Shown in pieces: positions 46,970-54,973 of a stretch of DNA of 56,307 nucleotides (its first letter is position 1; the number at the start of each line of letters is the position of its first letter). The DNA is taken from IMG/VR virus record IMGVR_UViG_3300013372_001213. One strand, given 5' to 3'. The stretch is from an uncultured virus (IMG/VR IMGVR_UViG_3300013372_001213). Lineage: Duplodnaviria; Heunggongvirae; Uroviricota; Caudoviricetes. The notes under the pieces are model-generated. The model was not told the origin of the DNA. It worked only from the letters and a program-made list of their open reading frames with translations, and did no database searches. The position numbers and the translations under genes were made by a program.

Positions 46970-49900
46970 TGAATAACGGTAAAGATATAAGAAAAGCTCA
47001 AAGGAATATTAAAGCAGGCAAACCTGTTTCTAATCCTTATAAAGATGATGTAATCTATAGTAATCTTGGTCAGTGGAAGTATCCAGGCCAGGTAACTAGA
47101 ATTCCTAGTAATCAAATTACTATGCAAGGTGTTCCTTATCCTGTACAAGGTGTAGATGATACAGGTTATTCTCAGATGATGTACCCGGGTATGGACTATC
47201 AGTTTCCTGGTCAGTATGTTACAGAGTATCCTATGGCTAGATATGGAGGAGGTTTACCTAGAGCACAAGATGGTTTTAATAATTATGAAGCTGATCTTAT
47301 ATCTAAAGTATTAATGAATAGAAACAAAGATAAAGACTTTGTTAAAAGAGCTTATGATGTAGGAGCTTATCCAGATTCTAATATGTTTACTAGACTAGAT
47401 GATAATGAGTTTGGTCAAAGAAATTCTCATCTAATGGAATGGGGAGAAGATGATTCTGGACAAGCTTGGATGTATCCAAGTGTAATGAATCCAACAAATG
47501 AAGCTATAAAAGTTCCTAATCAATATGCAGATTATATATCTTCTGAAGGATATAAAAAAGCTACAGGAATGATTCCTGAAAAACCTTTTGGAGGACAGAA
47601 TACTAAGACTCATACTCACATGGCTAATGGAGGATGGTTAGATCAATATCAACCAGGTGGTACACCAAAAACTAGAACAGATATTTATACAGATAAAGAT
47701 TTATATGATAAAGCTTATAAAGCTGAACAAGATAGTGCAAAGTTATATGAGGGATATCTTAAAAATATTGAAGGTAAAAAGAAGACTTACTTTGAACCGC
47801 CTCATATGAAGCCTCAGCTGGTAGAGACAGGTAAAATGAAAAATGGGTTGCCTGTACTAAAAGAGATTCGTCAAAGTAGTATATGGGGTCATGAAAATGA
47901 CAAAATAAAACCTATAGGTACACAATGGGTTAGTGAAAAGTATAATGACATAATAGGTTATGATGAAAATGGTAATCAGATAGGAGGACTAAGTGTGTCT
48001 AATGAAGCTGGTTATAATGCATATAAAAAACCAGTAGTACATAATGTATATCAACCACCTCCACCAGAAGAAGAACCTATTAAAGATACTATCCCATATA
48101 AACCCAAACCAAAGTCAATTAAATCAGATACCATAAGACAATGGAACTTTAATGGTCCTAATCCTGTAATGGAATATTATGATAAAGCAGGTAAACCTTT
48201 ATATCAAGAATATTTTAAAGATATGAATGATTTTGCAAAAGGTAAAAAAATAGAACCTATTATTATAAATAATCAAACATCTAAAAAAGTTGAAGCAAAA
48301 CTTGTTAATAAAAAAGAAGGTGGATGGTTAGATGAATTACCTGAAGCTCAACTAGGAAAAATTGTTAAGGCTGGTTTAAAAGGTGTTAAAAAATTAAATC
48401 CTGTTAGAATTGCTGATAAGGTAGTTCCACAAGTAGGAGGATTATTAAATCCTGCTGTATTAATGGGAGTGGAAGATATGAATGCAATGAGCATGAGTCC
48501 TTTAAATTGGATTCCTGGATATGGAAAAAAATTAAAAGGAGAAGGACAAGCTTTTAGAAAATTTGGTAATGATTTACAACATGTTAAAGATGCACAAGTA
48601 TTAAGTCCTGCAGGAGGTTCTAAATTAAGAATAGGTAGAGATCAAATAGTAAGTGAAGGTAATTGGGCACAACCTAATCAAGTAAATAACTCATATCCTG
48701 GTGTATTTGAAGCAACAATAAATCCACAAGTAAAAGGTACTAATTTAAATTATAAAGCCATACATAATAGAAATGGTGTTCTTATAACAGATGCAAAAGG
48801 TCAAAATTTACCTGAAATTCCTATTAGTGATCCAGGACTTTCTTTTAATAGAAGATTACCTTTTTCTAATAGATATGTACCTATTAATAAAGAAAAATTA
48901 ATTAAAAAAGAATTTGATTTAGCAAGAACTGCACCCCATCTTCAAAGCTTAGCTGAAAAAGCATTAGGTGCTGCAGGTGTAATAGCTGTTCATGATTACA
49001 TACAAGGAGATGATAAATCTGATTGGTTCCCACAAATTAAAAATCAATTAGATAAATCTTATAATAAAGTTAGTAAGTATGTAGGACCTTATCTACCTAA
49101 AGAAGAAGATGGAGGAAATATACAACAAGCTCAAATAGGTGCTATAGTTAAAGCAGGATTAAAAAAAGTTATTAAAAGTCAAAAACCTGTTATAAAAAAG
49201 ACTATTGTTAATAAAAAATATGTAATGCCTTCTAAAGAAAAAATAAAAGATTTACATGGATTTATACCAAGAAGACAGTTTGTAAAAGAAATACAAAAAG
49301 AAGGTTTAATTGGTAAAGATTTTAAAGATTTAAATTATGCAGCTAGCTCTACAGAAAAAACAAATGCTTTAACAAAACTAGCTTTAAATAGAGATGCTAC
49401 ACGTTATAGAGGGGTAGCTGGTAGTGTTCCTGAGAATGGTATTTATCAACAACAATCATCTCCTTATGGAACATTTGATATGACAAAACCTGGATATGGT
49501 AATGATATATCAGCATTTGAACATATGAAAAATGCTGGAGTAGATCTTAATGATCCTATATCAATTGCAAAGTATCAAGCAAGTCATATACCTATGCATA
49601 AGTATGAATATAGATCTGGTATGCCTCGCATGAATAATGTAGATGCTTTATATTCTGGACATGCTCCAACAGGCTATGGTAATTATCAAATTAAAATGAC
49701 TTCTCCCAGAGATTATAGTGAAGGTAATTATATAGATTGGGTTAAAAAATATCATAATCCTAAAAATAATCTTCAAGATTTAGCTGTAAAAGATGGATAT
49801 TATATAAAAGATTTTGTACCTAATACTTCTTATGAAATGCCTATTGGATTAAGTAAAACTGATTTAACTACTGTAGTAGGAAAAAGAGGTCAAAAAATGT

Positions 49901-52467
49901 TTGATGTTGATGATACTTTTCCTTTTATGAATTATAAAAAATTAAATCCAAAACAAGAATTAGAATTTAAAGATTATGTAAAAGGATTAGCAGAAGATTA
50001 TAATACAGGATGGAAAGGTAAATATAAAAAAGGAGGTTGGTTAGATGAAATGCAAGAAGGAGGGTATAAATCTGAAGGAGATTATCAAGCACATTTATTA
50101 GATCCTTATTCAGCAGAAAAAAGAGCTGCTCAAGTAGCTTGGTTAAAACAAAAAAAGAATAATAGTTTAAGAAGTGAAATGTCTAGAGATAACACTTCTG
50201 TAAGAAAACCTAATATTTTAAGTGCCAGTGAGTTAGCATATGCTATACCTCATCAAAAGCTATCTAAGGAAGATCAAATGGCAATGTATGTAGATTCTGC
50301 CATTGCTAATAGACAACCTGATGAATTAAGAAAAACAAAAAAACAAGGAATGAGTAGTAAAGCTCATGACGTTGTTATGAACCCTTTTAAAGCAGCTGGA
50401 TACTTATCTAAATATGGCAGATTACCTGATAACTTTACTGAAGATGGTGAAACTAATGCATTAGATTTTGCTCCAATGGCTATTAACCCTCTTACTTATT
50501 TAGAAGCTAGTTATAATACAGGAAAGGCTCTTTTTGATCCTGAAACTTATAAAGACCTAGTTAAAACTGCTGGACTTGGAGTAAATGCTTTAGCTGGAGA
50601 CCAATCTCCTGATGAATGGAAACAAGCAGGACTTAATACTTTATTTAAAGGATTAGATGCTAGTATGGTAAAAGGTGCAGGAAAAATGATTGGTAAAAAT
50701 GCTAAAAAAATTATAAATACAAACATTAATAAAACCTCAAAAAATATACAAAAAGGTTTAGATGAACAAGCTAGTAGATATTATCAAAATACACCAGGTA
50801 AAAGTCCAGTAGTTAATCATCCTACAGGTAAGATGGAAGGTATAGGAGATATAAAAGATATTAAAAGATCTCTTATGAAAGAAGATCAATATTTAAAACC
50901 ATCTGAATATAATAGTAAAGCTATACCTTTTTCATCTTATAAACCTCAAGCAGGAGGATACACAGATGTACCTCAGTTTAACAAACAAATTCAAGATTTA
51001 AAAACTCAAGCTGAGTTTGGTAAAAGACCTTTAGGTAAAAATGTAAAAACTAATCCTGCAACTAGTAAAAATGCTTTAATGGAAGCTTTAGATAATGCAA
51101 GATATGAAGAAGGTATGACTGATTTATTACCTATGCAATATATGAAACAAGCTAAAATTCCTTATAACACAAAAAAAGCTTTTCAAAATATTCAACCAAA
51201 TAAATATGGTGGAGATCTTCAACAAGCTCAATGGGGTAAAATTGTTAAAGCAGGTGCTAAAGCAATTTCAAAACCTGTAGTTAAAGTAATGAAACCTGTA
51301 GTTAAACCTATATTAAAAGTTCTTGATAAAGGTCTTACACATGGAGTAAATGCTATTAGAAAAGTTGATGAAAAAGTAGTAATTCCTATTCAGTTTAGAA
51401 AGGATATAAAAAAGGTAAAACAAAGTGCTGCAAAACAACATGAGTATTTTCAAAAACCTGAAGTTGAAAAAAAATTAAAAAGTATAGGAGCTAGCCCAAT
51501 AGCTATAAGAGCTTTACAAACACCTAATCAAGTTGATTTAACTTTTAAACCTAACATTGGTAGTCATTTTGATCAAATTCCTGGTATAATAAACATAGAT
51601 ATGAGACAGATGAAAGAGGCTGCTAAGAGATTTGATATGACACCACAACAAGTCTATGAACATGAGTTGGGTCATCAAATACAACAATATATTAATATAG
51701 GTTCTCCTGAGTTTCAACAATCATATGCTAAATATGTAAAAGACCTTGAAGACTATAATCTTAGAAAAGGGATTAGTAAAAGAGTAGAAGGTAAGAGTAC
51801 TAATTTAAACCCTATGGCTGTAAGAAGTAAACCAGACTTTTTAGTTAATTGGAATATGCCTGAAGCTCCTATGAGATTATCTAGACCAACTATTTTAGAT
51901 AAACAAGCTGCGGGTATGCTTAGACTTAAATCAAAAGATAAAAAGATTATGACACCAGAAGAATTAAATAGTCTTTATTATTATCATTCTGAAGTTCCTG
52001 CTGATGGTATATCAAAAATAGGATATGATATTGAAACAGGTACAGAAAGACTTCCTCACTTAAGAGAAATGAGACAGTCTATGATTGATAAGGGTTATAT
52101 TCCTGATGCTACAAGTACTATTACAGAAGATGTTATAAAAAGGTTTATTAAAGAAAATCCTAAAAATAGAATAGCTTCTATAGTAGATCCTACTTTTCAA
52201 ACTAATTATAAAAAATTAGTTAAAACATTTAAACATTTACCAGCAGTTTTACCTATAGGTTTAGGAACAGCAGCAGCTTTACAAAATGAAGAATATAGAA
52301 GAGGTGGTCAGAAAGGTTTAAAGAAATATACTTCTAAAAATATTGCTACTAGTGTTAATGATTTGTTTAGAAGAAATGAAACTTTATTTGGACCTGCTGG
52401 TAAGAAGAGATATAAACCGGGATTAAAATATAAATCAGGTGGTGGTTGGCTTGATAATTTGCATTAA
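46969..52467 (+). CDS. Modular cargo (internal virion) protein, GG-segmented, with zincin HExxH module
   Basis: Follows the muzzle gene; IPSN.ITM.GV.YPV N-terminal domain; repeated GGWLD / GG..AQxGKIVKAG linkers; HELGH at 51661. Confidence 0.8.
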   Translation: MNNGKDIRKAQRNIKAGKPVSNPYKDDVIYSNLGQWKYPGQVTRIPSNQITMQGVPYPVQGVDDTGYSQMMYPGMDYQFPGQYVTEYPMARYGGGLPRAQDGFNNYEADLISKVLMNRNKDKDFVKRAYDVGAYPDSNMFTRLDDNEFGQRNSHLMEWGEDDSGQAWMYPSVMNPTNEAIKVPNQYADYISSEGYKKATGMIPEKPFGGQNTKTHTHMANGGWLDQYQPGGTPKTRTDIYTDKDLYDKAYKAEQDSAKLYEGYLKNIEGKKKTYFEPPHMKPQLVETGKMKNGLPVLKEIRQSSIWGHENDKIKPIGTQWVSEKYNDIIGYDENGNQIGGLSVSNEAGYNAYKKPVVHNVYQPPPPEEEPIKDTIPYKPKPKSIKSDTIRQWNFNGPNPVMEYYDKAGKPLYQEYFKDMNDFAKGKKIEPIIINNQTSKKVEAKLVNKKEGGWLDELPEAQLGKIVKAGLKGVKKLNPVRIADKVVPQVGGLLNPAVLMGVEDMNAMSMSPLNWIPGYGKKLKGEGQAFRKFGNDLQHVKDAQVLSPAGGSKLRIGRDQIVSEGNWAQPNQVNNSYPGVFEATINPQVKGTNLNYKAIHNRNGVLITDAKGQNLPEIPISDPGLSFNRRLPFSNRYVPINKEKLIKKEFDLARTAPHLQSLAEKALGAAGVIAVHDYIQGDDKSDWFPQIKNQLDKSYNKVSKYVGPYLPKEEDGGNIQQAQIGAIVKAGLKKVIKSQKPVIKKTIVNKKYVMPSKEKIKDLHGFIPRRQFVKEIQKEGLIGKDFKDLNYAASSTEKTNALTKLALNRDATRYRGVAGSVPENGIYQQQSSPYGTFDMTKPGYGNDISAFEHMKNAGVDLNDPISIAKYQASHIPMHKYEYRSGMPRMNNVDALYSGHAPTGYGNYQIKMTSPRDYSEGNYIDWVKKYHNPKNNLQDLAVKDGYYIKDFVPNTSYEMPIGLSKTDLTTVVGKRGQKMFDVDDTFPFMNYKKLNPKQELEFKDYVKGLAEDYNTGWKGKYKKGGWLDEMQEGGYKSEGDYQAHLLDPYSAEKRAAQVAWLKQKKNNSLRSEMSRDNTSVRKPNILSASELAYAIPHQKLSKEDQMAMYVDSAIANRQPDELRKTKKQGMSSKAHDVVMNPFKAAGYLSKYGRLPDNFTEDGETNALDFAPMAINPLTYLEASYNTGKALFDPETYKDLVKTAGLGVNALAGDQSPDEWKQAGLNTLFKGLDASMVKGAGKMIGKNAKKIINTNINKTSKNIQKGLDEQASRYYQNTPGKSPVVNHPTGKMEGIGDIKDIKRSLMKEDQYLKPSEYNSKAIPFSSYKPQAGGYTDVPQFNKQIQDLKTQAEFGKRPLGKNVKTNPATSKNALMEALDNARYEEGMTDLLPMQYMKQAKIPYNTKKAFQNIQPNKYGGDLQQAQWGKIVKAGAKAISKPVVKVMKPVVKPILKVLDKGLTHGVNAIRKVDEKVVIPIQFRKDIKKVKQSAAKQHEYFQKPEVEKKLKSIGASPIAIRALQTPNQVDLTFKPNIGSHFDQIPGIINIDMRQMKEAAKRFDMTPQQVYEHELGHQIQQYINIGSPEFQQSYAKYVKDLEDYNLRKGISKRVEGKSTNLNPMAVRSKPDFLVNWNMPEAPMRLSRPTILDKQAAGMLRLKSKDKKIMTPEELNSLYYYHSEVPADGISKIGYDIETGTERLPHLREMRQSMIDKGYIPDATSTITEDVIKRFIKENPKNRIASIVDPTFQTNYKKLVKTFKHLPAVLPIGLGTAAALQNEEYRRGGQKGLKKYTSKNIATSVNDLFRRNETLFGPAGKKRYKPGLKYKSGGGWLDNLH

Positions 52468-52485
52468 TTTTTGTATATTTGTATT

Positions 52486-54969
52486 ATGACTAAAGAAGAA
52501 ATTTTAAATGGTATGTCAGAAGAAGAGTTCTATGACATGTATCCAGATCAAGAAAGTTGGGAGAACACTCAACAAATGAAACTTGGTGGTTTAAGTGGTG
52601 CCCCACATAATGGTCAACCTACTGCAAGACAGTTCTTTAATTATGGTTCTCATGTTAATGATGGTTTAAATATACCAATGAGTAATCCTTTTTATTTAGC
52701 TCATGGTGGAACTTACTATGGAGGTCCTACTAGACCTTATGATATGGGTGGTAATACAGCTTCTCCTATGAACTATGGAGCATTTAGTATACCAATGCAA
52801 TATGGTGGGTATGAACAAGAATATGGTGGAGTAATAGATCCAGGTAATAACCAAGATTATCCAATACTAGAACAAGGTGGTAAAGCTGCATTAATGAGTA
52901 TTATTAAAGCTCATTCTAAAAAAATGAAAAATGCTTATAAGAATGGTGGTGACACAGTCATGCAAGGAGGTAACTCTGATGATTATCCTACTACCCTAAC
53001 AAATACTTTTAAAAACATTCTTAAGCAAAACATCCAAAATCATATGATCAATGAAGAAGAGAAAAACTTCTCTAATGAAATGATGCAGATGGGAGGATAC
53101 CAAGGCCAAGGTATGAATTATGGTGCTACTAATTTTAATGAAACTAATGCACAGAATGCATCTTTAGCAAATATGTACCAACAAAGAATAGGTGCTACCA
53201 AGGATAACTTAAGTAATGACTTTAGTAATTTAGGTAATGCTACTAGTTATTTAGGATATACTGCTAACCCTTATCAAAAGACTAGTGTTAAAGCAAAATA
53301 TGGTGCTATTTTACCTAAAGCTCAAAAGGGTCTTACTTCTCCTAATAAAGGAGAAACTCATTCTGAATGGGCTAAAAGAAATAACATACCTGGTGGAGGT
53401 TGGAATGGAGCTACTTTAGGTAATAAAACTTGGAATGGTACATCATGGGAAGGTGAAGATGATGCAAATACTACAAAAGATGACTCTGAATATAATAAAT
53501 ACTTTGGAGAAAATAGAACAAGTACAAGAGGTATGGATTATGCTCCTATGAATTATAATCCTTATAATAAGATATCTAAAGATGATGTAGCTAAATTAAA
53601 ACAAGTAGCAGCTACTCCTACTACTGGATGGAAACTTAAAGAGTTTAATCATAAACACTTTGGTCCATGGGGTAAAACTAATATGAAATTTGGGTATAAG
53701 GATATTTCAAATAAAGATTTTTATGAAGATAACATGAAGATGAAAGATATACCTGGTACAGAATCTAATTCCATGCAGAATAATAATAATCAAAGTAATG
53801 ATCAAGGTAATGACCCTTATGCTGATTATAAATATAACCCTTATAATCCTGCATCACAAAATCCTAGAAATACAGAATCATGGTTTAATAAAATGAAAAC
53901 TGTAATGGGGGATAAAAGAAATAATACTCCAAAAGAAGATTTTCAAGGAGAGTCTTGGTTTAGCAGATATAAAGGTATGAAAGCTGGGCAAAGAGAAGAC
54001 AGAAATAGATTAAAAAGATTAGAAGAACAAGATAGACAAGTAGGTCCTTATGTAAGTCCTGAAGAAGAAATGGCTTATGGAGGATTAACAAGAGCTCAAT
54101 ATGGTGTAGATCATAAAAGTACTAATCCAGCAGATGGTCTTTATGATAATGCTGGTAAAATGCTTGATAGTGAACCAAATAGTATGAACCCTGTTAAAAT
54201 GGAATCTATTAGTGCATTACCTGCATTTAGCAATTCTGTAAATGAACAAGGTCTTAAATTAAAAAAAGAACAAGAACATTTAAAAGATCCTGAAACTGGT
54301 TCTATGTACACAGGTCCTGATAAAGAATTAGATGTTACTACAAAAAATAGACCTGGGTTTGATAGAGAAGCCATGGCTAATTGGAGTATAGCAGGAATTA
54401 ATACATTAGCAGGTGGTCTTGAACAAGGTCAAAATGCTAAAAATCAAAAACAACTTTCTAACCTACAACTAGCAGATAATGCATTTATGGCTACTCCAGC
54501 TAATGCTCAAAGTAGAGGTGACTATGATCCTAACTCAGGAATGTTTAGAATGGATCAAATGAATCCTGTTCAATTCCCTGGAGGTATAGGGTATAGTGCT
54601 TATGGTGGGGCTATGTATCAAGAAGGTGGTATGCAAGAAGAAATGCAAGCTTCACCTCAACAAGCTCAACCAGATCCTCAACAAATTATGGAAGGTGTTG
54701 CTGCAATGTTACAACAAGGTGCACAACCTGAACAAATTGCTCAACAGTTAGTTGAAATGGGTATACCTCAAGAACAAGTAATGCAAATTATTCAAGCTGT
54801 AATGCAACAAATGCAAGGTGGTCAAGAACAAGCTATGCAACCAGCAATGAGATATGGTGGTTATGCTATGGGTGGTTATCAAGATGAAGATTCTTATGAA
54901 GATGATTTAGATGAAGATGAGATTGAAGAATTAAAAAGACAAGGTTATAATGTAGAATATTTAGATTAA
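52486..54969 (+). CDS. Low-complexity cargo protein rich in YGG/MGG motifs
   Basis: Start moved from TTG 52471 to ATG 52486, after a TATATTTG box at 52474; Q/M/G-rich with acidic C-terminus. Confidence 0.8.
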   Translation: MTKEEILNGMSEEEFYDMYPDQESWENTQQMKLGGLSGAPHNGQPTARQFFNYGSHVNDGLNIPMSNPFYLAHGGTYYGGPTRPYDMGGNTASPMNYGAFSIPMQYGGYEQEYGGVIDPGNNQDYPILEQGGKAALMSIIKAHSKKMKNAYKNGGDTVMQGGNSDDYPTTLTNTFKNILKQNIQNHMINEEEKNFSNEMMQMGGYQGQGMNYGATNFNETNAQNASLANMYQQRIGATKDNLSNDFSNLGNATSYLGYTANPYQKTSVKAKYGAILPKAQKGLTSPNKGETHSEWAKRNNIPGGGWNGATLGNKTWNGTSWEGEDDANTTKDDSEYNKYFGENRTSTRGMDYAPMNYNPYNKISKDDVAKLKQVAATPTTGWKLKEFNHKHFGPWGKTNMKFGYKDISNKDFYEDNMKMKDIPGTESNSMQNNNNQSNDQGNDPYADYKYNPYNPASQNPRNTESWFNKMKTVMGDKRNNTPKEDFQGESWFSRYKGMKAGQREDRNRLKRLEEQDRQVGPYVSPEEEMAYGGLTRAQYGVDHKSTNPADGLYDNAGKMLDSEPNSMNPVKMESISALPAFSNSVNEQGLKLKKEQEHLKDPETGSMYTGPDKELDVTTKNRPGFDREAMANWSIAGINTLAGGLEQGQNAKNQKQLSNLQLADNAFMATPANAQSRGDYDPNSGMFRMDQMNPVQFPGGIGYSAYGGAMYQEGGMQEEMQASPQQAQPDPQQIMEGVAAMLQQGAQPEQIAQQLVEMGIPQEQVMQIIQAVMQQMQGGQEQAMQPAMRYGGYAMGGYQDEDSYEDDLDEDEIEELKRQGYNVEYLD

Positions 54970-54973
54970 TACT

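Noticed and set aside
9426..54374. Opposite-strand and alternate-frame ORFs in the track (for example 9426, 10954, 14819, 18068, 21372, 21960, 22887, 46873, 54141)
   Set aside because: They overlap well-supported genes and have no leaders or motifs; treated as shadows.
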